From Felis catus (lineage: Eukaryota), in assembly GCF_018350175.1 (NCBI RefSeq), contig NC_058368.1, positions 128,280,001 through 128,344,000 on the forward strand: DNA of 64,000 nt. The letters are read 5' to 3'. The translations under genes and the position numbers were made by a program. Under the pieces are notes generated by a model, which saw only the letters and a program-made list of their open reading frames with translations, had not been told where the DNA came from and ran no database searches. This document shows, piece after piece, positions 28,113 to 40,630 of this stretch. The stretch's first letter is position 1. Each line of letters opens with the position of its first letter.

Positions 28113-29623
28113 ATCTATGGAAGTTCTTTAAAACCATGCTGGCTGACACCAGTCACATTCTTTCCCAAGATATTCCAGTGTTACTCAAAGGCCCCCTGAG
28201 CTTAGTGGCCAGAGTATCAGGGTTGGAGGCTCTGAAAAAACAAACTAGATCTCTCCTTAGTAAGGCTGACCTGGCTACAATTACTGCCTATTTTCTCATC
28301 AGCCAATAGCAGAGATCAACACTGAGCCCCTGAGGTGGTACCATTTACCAGGGGAACCAGCCAGCCACCTGGTAACAGCTTCATTACCTTGGACTTATTT
28401 CCTTTAAGGAGAGGATGGGGATTAATCCTCACTGTACTAAACGCATACGCTGGATGGGGGTTGGTCTTTCTGCCCGTAACACCCCTGTAAAAACCACCCA
28501 TGTACTCAAAAAATGTCTCATCCACCATCATCGTATTCCACACAACACTGCTTCTGATCGACTTATTTCATAGCAAATTAAGTACAACAGTGGACTTATG
28601 CCCAACTAATCCTATGTTATTTCCATCACATACACCATTGCCCAGAAGCAACTGGGCTGATTCAAACCCTGGATGGCTTACTGACCACTCAGTTATAGCT
28701 GTTTGGGACAAAACACTGTGAAAGACTAAAGCTCATGCCTTGACTCAGACTTCATATGGTGCTCTCTCCCTCATAACCAGAATACATGGAACTGGAACTT
28801 AAAGGGTGGAAATAAAAGCAGCTCTTGTCACTAAATACCTAACAATCCTTTTGCAGAATTTTTGCTTCCCTTCCCAGCCACTCTGAGCACTGCTGACTTG
28901 GAGGTCTAAGTTCTCAAGGAGGCAGCACTTCTACCAAGGGACCTAACAATGGTTCCATTAAACTGTGGGGGGAAACGGCCACTTTGAACTCCTTATGCCA
29001 CTCAGTCAACAGAGAAAAAAAGAAGTACCTCTATTGGCTGAAATGATTCTGTTTACCAAGAGAACTGGGGATGCTACTAAACACTGGAAGCAATGAGGAC
29101 TATATCTGACATACAAGGGACTCTCTGGAAGCAGCAGCAAAGTTAATGTTAAACTATAGGAATCAACTTTTTCAAAACTGCTATTATTGAGAACTCAGAC
29201 CCTTACAATGAAGGTTTGGGTCACTCAGCCAGGTAGAGAACCCTGATCTAAAGGCAATGAGAAAAAGGGCAGGCAGTAAAAGAGACCAACCACAGATAGT
29301 AATGACAGCCTCTTAATTACTGAAATAAGAACTGTATAGTTTGTATTTTCTCTTTGTATGCTGTTTGTAGGATTTTATATTAACCATTTTTCTTTTTTCT
29401 TCCTTTCTTCCCTTCACTATTTTATATATAAGTTGTTTAACTTAGCCTGTAGATAAGAGAACACCCAATGGGATTGTGACTGAATTTGGAAAATAATACA
29501 GGCAGCTAAGGATACAAATGGTTGTTGAGATTTTATGTCTCCTCATTCAGAGGAAGGAGTGAGAACTTCTGCACTTCTCTGAAGAACAGAGCTGGCTTTG
29601 TGATGTACAAAAGTTCCAATGTG

Positions 29624-29811
29624 GGGGTGCCTGGGTGGCTCAGTAGGTTGGGCATTAGACTTCAGCTCAGGTCATGATCTCACGGTCTGGGAGTTTGAGC
29701 CCCGCATCAGGATCTGTAGAGACAAGAACCTGGTTTGGATTCTGTGACTCCCTCCCTCCCCCACTTGTACTCTCTCTCTAAAACAATAAACATTAAAAAA
29801 AATTTTTTAAA
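29624..29811 (+). mobile_element. CAN-SINE (first of nested stack)
   Basis: Head ggggtgcctgggtggctcag, A tail. Confidence 0.93.
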
Positions 29812-30020
29812 GGGGCACCTGGGTGGCTCAGTTGGTTAAGTGTCCGACTTGGGCTCAGGTCACATTCTCACTCTTTGTGGGTTTAAGCCCCGCATCGGGC
29901 TCGGGGCTGAGAGCTCAGAACCTGCAGCCTGCTTCAGATTCTGTGTCTTCCTCTCTCTCTGCCCCTCCCCCACTTGTACTCTCTCTCTCTTTCTCTCAAA
30001 AATAAACACTAAAAAACACT
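29812..30020 (+). mobile_element. CAN-SINE (second of stack)
   Basis: Full body directly after the tail of the first. Confidence 0.95.
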
Positions 30021-30025
30021 AAAAT

Positions 30026-30238
30026 TGTTTTTTTTTAACATTTACTTATTTTTGAGACAGAGAGAGACAGAGCATGAACAGGGGAGGGGCGGAGAGAGAG
30101 GGAGACACAGAATCTGAAACAGGCTCCAGGCTCCGAGCTGTCAGCACAGAGCCCAACGCAGGGCTCCTACTCACAGACTGTGAGATCATGACCTGAGCCG
30201 AAGTCGGACGCTTAACCAACCGAACCACCCAGGCGCCC
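30026..30238 (-). mobile_element. CAN-SINE (third of stack, inverted)
   Basis: Reverse-complement body flanked by duplicated aaaaaacactaaaattgttttt. Confidence 0.95.
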
Positions 30239-30336
30239 TGAAAAAAAAAAAAAAAAAAACACTAAAATTGTTTTTTAAAAAGTTCAAATATTTATCAAAG
30301 GATGTGTGTGGAGACTAAGGTGCCATAGGAGTTCAC

Positions 30337-31104
30337 TGCCAGTTATTGATTTATTACCTCCCAACTCCAGATCCACCCTTCCCTGCTCTACTCTACACCC
30401 TGGGAACACCTCTCCCTGGACAGCCGGTGCCATATTCTGTTTAGTTGGTACAATTCAAGGGGAGAAACAGCAAGGTACAGCAGAATGAACATTCTTCCAT
30501 TCTTCCTGGGTCTTCTGTCACCAGCTGCATGTAGGAGACCCAGTGGCACCTGCCCTCAGGCAAATTTCATCAGCTCCCAATGAGAGCTTCCAAATGAGTT
30601 TCACTTCCATCCCAGGAGACCTCTTTCTTGCCAGCAATATGTAGAACATCCAGTGGTACCCCTCTTCCAGCAGATTTGCCAAACCATAGTAGGCACTTTC
30701 CTGCTCATAGTACTAGACCGCTGGCACCCCAAAAGACAGCTGACTGTTCAGCAGCCTTGGCCGCTGACACTTGAAAGAATTGCACTAGGCAGCGGGCTAC
30801 ACACAGCCTGTCCTTCTCCAGTAACATCTGGATCTCAGCCTTGGGATGAGGGTGAGTGAACCATCTCCAAATGAATTCCTTCCTTGAGGATTGACTGTCA
30901 GCTCTACATGGAGTAGCCACAGATACTTTATTATGTGGTAGTTATCGTAGCTACTTCCTAACTTGGTATTCGTGTTTTTTAGAGTGTAATCTACCCCTTT
31001 TGTAATTAAACAGGTTTTTCTAACTAATAATTCGCCATATTAAATTTTCCCTATTCAAATTACTGGTGTGATTTTGGTCTCTTCTCTGGACACTGAGTGA
31101 TACA
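30337..31104 (+). mobile_element. LTR33-like ERVL LTR (3' LTR of the upstream internal sequence)
   Basis: Starts tgccagttattgatttattacctcccaactccagatccacccttc and ends ttaaattttccctattcaaattactggtgtg...ctgagtgataca. Confidence 0.75.
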
Positions 31105-31244
31105 GTTCCCTTGAAGAAAGAATCCCCTTTAGAAAAGTTCTAATTTTTCTAATTTTTCCCCCCACAAATGAGTATCATCAAAACATTACAGCACTTTGAA
31201 CAGTATGTTTCACAGTTGGGATTATAATATTTGCCTTTAAAAAA

Positions 31245-31380
31245 AAATGTAGTGTTTATTTTTGAGAGAGGGAGACAGATCGAGTGCAAGCGGGGGAAGG
31301 ACAGAGAAAGAGGGAGACATTGAATCCGAATCAGGCTCCGGGCTCTGAGGTGTCAGCTGACTGAGCCACCCAGGCACCCC
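31245..31380 (-). mobile_element. Internally deleted CAN-SINE
   Basis: Head and 3' half present, middle missing. Confidence 0.88.
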
Positions 31381-31384
31381 TAAA

Positions 31385-32115
31385 ATTCAGAAAACAGTCT
31401 GACAGTTGCTCAAAATGTTAAACATCCAGTTCCCATATAATCCAAAAATTCCACTTCTAGGCAACACATGCAAGAGAAATGAAAGCATACACCACACAAC
31501 TTGTCCATGAATGTTCATAGTAGCATGATTCATAACAGCCAAAAAGTAGAAACCATCCAAATATCCATCAACTGGTGAAAAAAATGTGGTATACACATAA
31601 AATAGATTATTTAGCCATGAAAGGCATGAACATAGGGCACCTGGATGGCTCAGTCGGTTGAGCATCTGACCTCACCTCAGGACAGCACAGAACCTGTTTT
31701 GGATCCTCTGTCCCTTTCTCTCTCAAAAATAAAAATAATTTTAAAAAATCAACATTAAAAAAGAGGGAAGAATAGATTTACATGTTTTAACATGGATGCA
31801 TCTTTAAAGTTTCATGCTAACTCAAAGAAATCAGAGCCAGTTATCAGAGACCATACATTGTAGGATTCCATTTGAATGACACTTCAAGGACAGAGTGATC
31901 TATACAGACAGAAAGTTAATTAGCGTTGCCTAAAGCTGGGGCAAGAGGAATGAGCAGGAATGGGGACAGACAGCTAATGGATATGGGATTTCTCATGGAA
32001 AAGTTCTCAGATGGTGGTAATCTGTACAACTCTGAAAAATATGCTCAAAACAGTGAACTGTACACTTTGAATACATCAATTTAAATATATGTGAGTTATG
32101 TCTTAATACAGCAGT
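31385..32115 (+). mobile_element. Old L1 (L1MB/ME-like) 3' end with a short deleted SINE at 31635-31763
   Basis: aattccacttctaggc...gaatgttcatagtagcatgattcataacagccaaaaagtagaaacc, an L1 ORF2-end/3' UTR motif. Confidence 0.85.
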
Positions 32116-34370
32116 TTTGAAACTCTGCCTTCTAAAAGTGGCTTTCGCTCTGCCAGCGTAGCTCCTGAAATGTATCCAAGGGAAGCGAAAATAAAACCAA
32201 GAACTAAACACAATAAATCACAAAAACTTTTAACATTTTATCTATTCCTTGGTTTCATTTGATGTGCTTTTAATAAAAACTGTTTTTGAAAAACATCTGA
32301 GAGGAGAGTGGATGACTTTTCTCAGAGGTTTTGTAATAGGCTGTTTCATCCAATTGCCTGAAGGGTATGCTTTGTGAATGTGATTTAATGATTCTAAATC
32401 AATGGTAAAGATCACCTCAAAAGAGATAATAACCAGGAAAGTGTGATGGAAAATGCCACAGGGTGTCCCTCTGGTTCCAGCTCTTTGAAGAGAGACTAGA
32501 GCTTTGGAAGGCACCTTCACCACCCTGGACCTCTCTGCTCATCTGTACTATCAGCATGTTGAGAGAAATGGTCTCTGAACATCTGTGTCCCCAACATTCT
32601 GGGAGAATGAGATTTTGTTCTGGGGTGGGGGGGGGGGGTGTGGGGAATGTAAGCAAATTTTGCAAATGAAAGTAGACTTCTGTTGAATACTTTGGTGTGA
32701 TGGCCTACAGGAGTATCAGATATGCCCAAGGCCATGGTCCCTCCAGGGTCACCATAGAGGCTCTTCTTTAGGAAACCAGACAAACATCAAGGACAGGCTA
32801 GATGGCAATCAAAAAGTAAACTGGACTCTTCAGATTGAGGACCTTTGAATGAGGTTACAAAACTTGCTGTACTTGTTGCCAGTTTTCCTAAGTAGCTAAT
32901 TCCTTTTTTTTTTTTTTTAATAAAAGCTTCTGTAGTTATTCCTGGTTTTAAAAAAATGGGCAATTTTGAAATAATTAAATCCTTTATATAGTTTTCTTTC
33001 ACATTACTCATCTATTCTTTTGCTCCCTGAGGATCTTGCAAAGCAATGAACCTCAGGAAAAGTACAGGAAAATACAGTTACTTCCTTTCTCCTATTTCTT
33101 CTTTGTGTGCAATGAAAGATTCCCCCTAAGAGCTCTCCATCTTAACTCCAAATGGACAAGCTAAATCTAATTCTAATTGCTACTCATATTAACTAATCTC
33201 ACATTTAAATCATGCTGATGCCATTTTATCAAGGCTTTGAAAATGGCTTAAGCAATTTGTTTACTTCAGTGAACGGTAAGCTAGCTGTTGCTCAAGGATT
33301 CTTCAATTTTAATTTTATTGCTTCAAATTTCACCTCCCTTATTTTCCTAGGTATGCACAATGGTCAGATGCTCATTGAATGAAAACCTTCAACCCAGAAG
33401 ACAGAAAGGGGACTAGACAACCTTTATCGGATATAAAATAAAAAAATAAATATCCATTATTAATATGCTTTCATATGTACAATATAGGTAGAATTTATAT
33501 GTAGAATATAAAAGTATATCAAGACATGTATAGGATATTTGATACAGATATACATTAATGCCGTAAGATACAGACATACAATAAAAAGTAAATACTTCTT
33601 TTAAATGAAAAAAATACAACAAAGTACAAATGTGTAAAAAGTGATAAAAATAACAAGTATTAGAAAATTTGGGGAAAAAAATGTATTTTTATTAGTTGCC
33701 TGATACATTTCTAGAATACTTTTATTCCTACGGTTTTAGCTGAATACTTGCTGGGTGCCTTGTCCTAGGACAACATTTTACAAAACATTAAGAACCATCT
33801 CTTTTGTCCATTGTACGTTCTGTTGGGTTCTCTGTCAGTATGACGGGATCATGATTCTGGAAAAAGTCATTAAACATTGTTGAATGAAATATTGCTCACC
33901 CTAACAAGTCTCAACAAAAAAGGGCAGGTTGTATCAAAATCAATAACCTGGTCATAATGCAGTCTTGACATTCACACCCTTCTGTTGACTATAAAACTTG
34001 GCTGTATCTACAGTGTCATATTCATTTTCCATCTGCTTTTTCACTTTCTGCTTGAGGAGGTCCTGGTTCTCCTAAACATCTGGATGGCTTGCCTTCAGTT
34101 TTTTTAACTGTAATTTTTGGTTATCTTGTTTCTTTGCCCTATCTTCATGATTTTGAGCATCAGAGCTTTTAGTTTATATAGTGACATGGTTTTTTAATTG
34201 TGAAGCTTATGCTACCTTCTTTCATCCAATTTTTGTTTTTTCTCTCCCTCTAGGGAGACTTCTTTCATATCAATAGTGTCATAAATTATTTAATAACTTA
34301 AATAATATCAAGTATAAAATATCTAACTTCTACAACATAATTCATCTGTCATCAGAACCTAACAAAAACA

Positions 34371-34570
34371 AGAGCTGGCAAACTCTTTAGTTAATAAAGG
34401 GTCACATAGTATATACTTTTCAGCACTGAGGGCCTTACAGTCCATCTTAACGACACAACTCTACTTTCACAACACTAAAATAGCCACAGACATTATGTAA
34501 ATATATGGCCATGACTTTGTTCCAGCAGTAACCTGGATTTGGTCCCCAGTCCATAGTTTGTCAAACCTTA
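34371..34570 (+). mobile_element. MER58A hAT MITE
   Basis: ggcaaactc...aaagggtcacatagta...aaaatagccacagacatt...ggatttggtccccagtccatagtttgtc. Confidence 0.85.
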
Positions 34571-34580
34571 CCCAAGAGCA

Positions 34581-34804
34581 ATTTTAATGTTTGTTTATTT
34601 TTGAGCGAGAAAGACAGAGCACGAGCAGGGGAGGGGCAGAGACAGAGGGAGACACAGAATCCAAACCAGGCTCCAGGCTCAGAGTTTTTAGCACAGAGCC
34701 CAACGTGGGACTCATATTCATGAACCCCCTCAAACCCACTAACTCCAAGATCATGACCTGAGCCAAAGTTGGACACTTAACCAGTTGAGCCATTCCGGCG
34801 CCCC
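34581..34804 (-). mobile_element. CAN-SINE
   Basis: Reverse-complement body with a small internal insertion. Confidence 0.93.
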
Positions 34805-35331
34805 TCAAATCAGTTTTCAAACTGCTGCTACATTCTATTGACCTACACAATTACTCCTGCTACCAATCTCCTCTAACAATTCTTAGATTGCATACACTGA
34901 CTTATTGGTGAATATTAGGAGTTTGGTCCCTTCGACACTTCTTTCTTCTGTTTTCCTTCATTGTTGGCAATAGGGTGAGCCATTTCCTCTGGAACCATGC
35001 AATTTCAGCAGCATAGGATACATGGCAAGTGCTGAAACAATCCAATACACTAGGAAGCTTAAAACACGTGAGCTCACATACATACTATTTGCAGTATAGC
35101 AACAGGTTTGGATCTTAATCAGAAATTCTGATAAACTCTATTTTGTACATTTCCTCTCAAAAAATCTATGTATGGTGCACTGGTAACTGATATGCAGTAA
35201 ATGTATTGTTTACAGGAGACAATTACCATTTGACTGGAAATTAATGAAAACAAACTTAGCAGTGTACAAATTGGAATAGTTTCCCCAGACTAACTTCTGG
35301 TTCTCTACCTTTTTAAAAAATATTTATTTTA

Positions 35332-35545
35332 GGGGCACCTGGGTGGCACAGTCGGTTAAGCGTCCGACTTCAGCCAGGTCACGATCTCGCGGTCTGGGAG
35401 TTCGAGCCCCGCGTCGGGCTCTGGGCTGATGGCTCAGAGCCTGGAGCCTGTTTCCGTTTCTGTGTCTCCCTCTCTCTCTGCCCCTCCCCCGTTCATGCTC
35501 TGTCTCTCTTTGTCCCAAAAATAAATAAACGTTGAAAAAAAAATT
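35332..35545 (+). mobile_element. Young felid CAN-SINE
   Basis: Nearly identical to 3434-3664; CpGs intact. Confidence 0.97.
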
Positions 35546-35573
35546 TTTTTTAAATGCTTATTTTGAGAGAGAG

Positions 35574-35662
35574 GCTACTTGGGATTCCTTCTCTCTGCCC
35601 CTCTGCCCCTCCCCAATTTGTGTGCATGCACTCTCTGTAAAAATAAACTTAGAAAAAAAAAA
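35574..35662 (+). mobile_element. 3' half of an older CAN-SINE fused to a minus-strand SINE tail
   Basis: ...ttttgagagagagg|ctacttgggattccttctctctgcccc...aaataaacttagaaaaaaaaaa. Confidence 0.8.
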
Positions 35663-36514
35663 CAGAAAATAAACCGGTTTACTCTACCAAACATCTCCCC
35701 CAAAATGTTTAAGTGAATAAAGCTGCACCCAAGTTCACATAGTTGGTGGTATAGGACATAATTCTGCCCTATCCTCTGTGTAGTATATCTTCCAGTTTTA
35801 TGAAGACTGTACATGAGACAGTCCAAAAGAAGAGTTTTTGAAACCACTCAAAAACCTTTGAGTGGCTCACACTCAACCATGGTGGCTCACAGAACCCTGT
35901 AATGTAACCTGCCAGCCCCCAGAAATAAATTACGATACATGTAAGTCAGCATTTTCCAAGCTATGGAAGCAACAATTCTTAAAATACAATTGTGAGTAAA
36001 AGTTTTATGTTCATTAAATACACACAAACAAGATGCATAGATTGCTTTAAAGCAAAAATCTATTTTTTTTTTTACACTCTAGGATACAAAGTCCCCGAAA
36101 TAAAGACTAGAATCAGACTTTCTCATACTCATTATTATGCAATAAAATCAGGAGAGTCAGCTCTGAAAAATAGGTAGATCCATCAGTCAGAAATTTTCCA
36201 CAGGGTAAATTTGTCAAGTACAAATACTGTGGGTGCTTCATATATGTTATGGATAGAAAATAGGGACTTTTCCAACCCAAACTATTGTATAAGAAGGAAA
36301 GCTATGTAAATTTCTTCCTTGGACTGCTGAAGCACAGCAGGGGGTGGGAAGCGGTGGGGAACAGTAGCCACCATTCACTGTGAATGGACTTTTGCCAGAC
36401 ATGGTGCAGGGCATTCTAGTGATATTAGCTCACTTAATCCTCCTCACAACTCCATTATATAGGCAAAGAATGTTAAATAACTCCCATAGGTTCACAAGTT
36501 AAGATATATACTTC

Positions 36515-36830
36515 TACAGAACTCACAGACTCAAATCACAATAGAAATTAGAAGACATTTCAAACTGACTTACAATAAAAATAAGACCTATTAAAACTCA
36601 ACTGAAGCTACTAAAGCCGTGCTTACAGGAAAATTTATAGCCTTATAGGCATTTATTAGAAAAGATGAAATCTGGCTGCAGGCTAAGTGTTTATCTCACA
36701 CAACTGAAACAAGAGCAAATTAACACAAGGAAACCAAGTGAAGACAATAAAGATAGGACATAGAAAACAAATATACAATACAGAGGTCAAAAAAGCCTAA
36801 AAACATGTTACTGATAAATAATTCACTTAA
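36515..36830 (+). mobile_element. Old L1 ORF2 fragment
   Basis: gaagctactaaagccgtgcttacaggaaaatttatagcctta, the DAAKAVLRGKFIAL region. Confidence 0.8.
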
Positions 36831-37427
36831 AAAACCTAGGTGAAAACGAGCCCACAACCAAGCTCCTGGGCCATGGTCTGCTCATAATCTCCATGGGGTT
36901 CAGGGAATCATGAAGTACATCATTTTTTAAAAAGCAACTCTGACCATTTGTTAAAGATAGGACCAAAACGGTAAGTCAAGTCTGCTTTTACAAGTGGATT
37001 TTGACAGTGAAATCACTGTTATTGCAACACATTTGCAGAGAATTTTTTGAAGCCCACACCTTTTCTATGTTAAAGTAGCTCTCAAGTGTTTTATAGGGTA
37101 AGAGCCCTTAAAAAGTCAATTGTAGCTTATGTGAAATAATATATTTCTTATACTGAACAGAAAACAATTAGGTTACTGTTTTAATGCAAAAGAGAAGAAA
37201 TTCATTAAATAACATTATGGGATCAATAAATTTAGAAAACTGAAACGCCATTTCACTGTTAAAAGCCTAGGTGAAAGGAATTGTATGTGCTTACCTGAAA
37301 TGTTCCCCCAAGTCCTCACAGAATACTCCGAACTCTCCCATATGTGGCAAAAACTAATTCTACGACTCACTGCACTGGTTTCTCCCTTTTATTTAGGGGG
37401 TTTACAAGCCCATTGGAGCATAAACTC

Positions 37428-37612
37428 CCGTGGGTCTCGGGGTGTGGTCTCGCGACAACACCATCTCTATCACCTGGGACTTGTTAGACATGCAAATTAT
37501 CAGGCCGCATCTACAGAACCAACCTTAGCTACAGAACCAACCTTAGCAATCTGGGCTCTAACAAGCCCTCCAGGTGATTCTAATCCACACTGAAGTTTGA
37601 GAACCCCTGCTC
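37428..37612 (+). mobile_element. MER5A hAT MITE with internal 18-bp tandem duplication
   Basis: cacctgggacttgttagacatgcaaatt...aacaagccctccaggtgattct...gtttgagaacccctg. Confidence 0.88.
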
Positions 37613-39518
37613 TAAGGTAAATTGAGAAAGACTTCCAGAAGCATCTCAAAATAGCATCTCCACCTGAAGCTAAAGGAAACGCACAGGGCTCTGCCCATCC
37701 ACAGGTGTGGGCAGTTTATACAGAGCTCTTAATGGCTCTGACTAAAGCAGGAGCCTAATTACCAAAGCAGAAGCTTCCACAGCGTCTCACATAAGATGGG
37801 TTCTACCTTGCAAAAATGTGCTGTAAATAGCACTTCCCTGCATACTAGAAGAAATGACAAGAAATTTAATGAGCTTATAACAAGATATACTTGCCTGAAT
37901 AGTTGATCATTCGCCAGAGTAGAGCTGTCCTACCCCTAAAAAAGGACATTCATAGGAAAATAGAAGCAAAGGAGAAAGCTGAGAAAACCACCATTCCAAG
38001 GACAGCCAATTAGTAAATGGCTTGATTGAATGAAAATAAGATCCACCAGCACTTTATCACCAATTATCCTAAGGCGACAATGGCTATATTTACTCCTTTA
38101 TATTTTCCTCTGCCTTATTCCTGCCTCTATTTTGAGAAGAAAATGAAGAAAAATGTTTCCCCTGAGTTTCCCTAAGCTCACATTTCTCCAACTAACAATG
38201 GTCACAACAGCCACGAGGGGTCCCTGGGGGGTTTAGACACATGGGTCTCTTAACAAAGAAAAGCAAAACACTTGCCTTTCCAGCATGGTGTTCTTGTTGT
38301 CCTGTTTTTATTTATTTATTTTTTTAAAATACTTTGTCCTTTCCAAATCAGACGATAGATTAAACTGAAGTTCTGAGTGGAGCTCACTGATGATTAGGGG
38401 GGAAAGGGATGTGTGCACATTTTACTACTATTTCTTTCTCTGCCTGATGTCTCCCACCATGCACACTGCCTGTAAGTAATTGCACCACTCAGTGGAATTT
38501 TCTAAAGGTCAAACCTCTCTCCTTCCTTCAGAGAGCCTGTGGAACAGTGAGCTAGGGAGGTAACAGCCCAACATCACAGCCCAGGTTCTAATTCTGTGCC
38601 TAGACCCTGAAAGAAAAACATCTCTTTTTAGTAACTATTTTGTATTCCACTTTTTTAATTGCAAAACTAATACATGCACATTTTAACTGATAAAATAATC
38701 CAAAGATGCATCTGTGGTATAAACAATATTTAACATAAACACATTTGTAAGGGACATTGGTGGGGAAATCTTTCATTGTGTGAATTTGGGTGTGAACATG
38801 TTAAAGGGGGAAACAGTATTCTCTTTCCAAAGGATTCACACATCCCCACCAACTGGTGTCTGGTGCAGGGCACACACTCAGCTTGCACCAACACCCCTAG
38901 CTGGACTAATGCATTCAACGGAATTGAGAAAAGACTCCATGGCCAATTGGTACCAGTAGGGGTAAAAGTCTAATGGTGTCCATGCTATTATGGACATTCT
39001 AAACCACACTGCTCTGTGACATGACCTCTGTTGTGTCCTCCATGGCCAAGGTCCCTGCCAAATTCCTGAGCCTAGTTCTTCTATATTAATCTTCCAACTA
39101 CTTCTGTGAGCCCCATTTAGCACATAATTTGGAATATTCTCAATACTGGCAAATTTTTTTGCCTTTAAGGGTAGATTTGAGTTTTGAAACAGCCAAAAGG
39201 CATTTGGAAAGAAGTGATGATACTAATGAATACTATGAATACTATATATGGACATACACACTCATACACACATGAATGAGACATGATTATTGTGAAGTTA
39301 AAGAAAATGGTGCCAAAAATGTCTTGAACAATGGAAACATTGTTAAAATGAGTGCATTTTAACATTAAGAGCTCACTCTTTAAAAGGATGAAATTAATGT
39401 CAATGTTTATTTCTATTTTTGTAAATTAAAATCAGTCTTACTACTACCTATCTGGTATGCATTTTATATGAGCCCAGGCATAATGGGACCTCATGAGGAG
39501 CCTAGAAATTCTTTATTT

Positions 39519-39738
39519 ATTTATTTAAAAAAATTTTTTTAATGTTTGTTTATTTCTGAGACAGAGAGAGACAGAGCATGAGTGGGGGAGGGGCAGAGAG
39601 AGAAGGAGACAGAATCAGATGCTTCCAGGCTCTGAGCTGTCAGCACAGAGCCTGACGAAGGGCTCGAACTCACAAACCATGAGATCGTGACCTGAGTCAA
39701 AGTCGGTCGCTCAACCGAGCGAGCCACCCAGGCACCCC
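39519..39738 (-). mobile_element. CAN-SINE
   Basis: Full body, TSD gaaattctttattt. Confidence 0.95.
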
Positions 39739-40284
39739 GAAATTCTTTATTTTAATAAGAAAAAGACAGGCTTCCAGATCCATAATTTAATTACTTTAAA
39801 CCTAGAAACTACAATTCAGTTTTGGTCTGCCCAATATTATATTTTTTACACTATGATAATAAAAACAAAATAGCTTTCTCCTGACAGTACACCTACATAA
39901 ATAAAACCACTATTTGGAATAGCATTTTTATGACCTTGAACAGAAGCAAATGTTTGGATTATCTTAAGTTGCCGTGCACTTTTGATACTCATATCCATCC
40001 ATGTATAATTGTCTAACATTTAGTGGATGCTGGAATACATTTTTATTTTCAAATCTACTCCATGACCTGGGCACGAAGTTTTTTATTTTCTCCAATGATT
40101 GTTTTTGTACCAGTTTTATTTATATGTTTCACATACCATACAATTCACCCATTTAAAAGAGCAATTCAATGATTTTTAGTATATTCACAGACTTGTTCAA
40201 CCATCACAGCTGTGATTTGTTTCAAGAGGCAGTAGCCAAAGCAATAAGGGACAGAAAAGGAGCTCCCTTTCAAGTTTCAAGCCG

Positions 40285-40630
40285 AACTCAACACCAAAAA
40301 AACAAACAATCTGATTTAAAAATAGGCAGAGAAGAGGTGACTGGATGGCTCAGTCAGCTAAGCATCCAACTCTTGTTTTTGGCTCAGGACATGATCTCAC
40401 AGTTTGTGTGTTCAAGCCCTGCATAGGGCTCTGCACCTGGCAGCACGGAGCCTGGGTGCAATTCTCTCCCTCTCTCTTTCTCTCTCTCTCTGCACCTCCC
40501 CCACCCTGTTTGCACTCTGTTGCTAAATAAATAAATACATACATAAATAAATAAATGTTTAAAAATGGGCAGAGGACCTGAAAAGACATTTCTCCAAAGA
40601 TGATATACAGATGGCCAACAGACATATACA
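40285..40630 (+). mobile_element. Short L1 ORF2 fragment with CAN-SINE (40334-40557) inserted
   Basis: aaacaaacaatctgatttaaaaataggcagag [SINE] tttaaaaatgggcagaggacctgaaaagacatttctccaaag. Confidence 0.88.

Larger units (their letters stand above)
26880..30336 (+). mobile_element. ERVL-class internal sequence (decayed gag and integrase regions), interrupted by SINEs
   Basis: ctagagattctgaatttaatgtgttagctc (gag-like). cagagatcaacactgagcccctgaggtggtaccatttaccaggggaaccagccagccacctggtaacag resembles the ERVL integrase QRPTLSPRYGTIPQGDQPATWWQ region. Confidence 0.8.
32780..35930 (-). mobile_element. Possible ancient hAT (Tip100-like) transposase remnant, fragmented
   Basis: Minus-strand LATSTASFVTSF at ~32850-32885 resembles the hAT dimerisation motif (LPVSTAxxERSFS), and a CAGGGTTC-like terminus lies at ~35899. 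Weak, by-eye evidence. Confidence 0.3.

Noticed and set aside
32621..32645. G-rich run able to form a G-quadruplex
   Set aside because: Simple poly-G tract with no promoter or CpG-island context.
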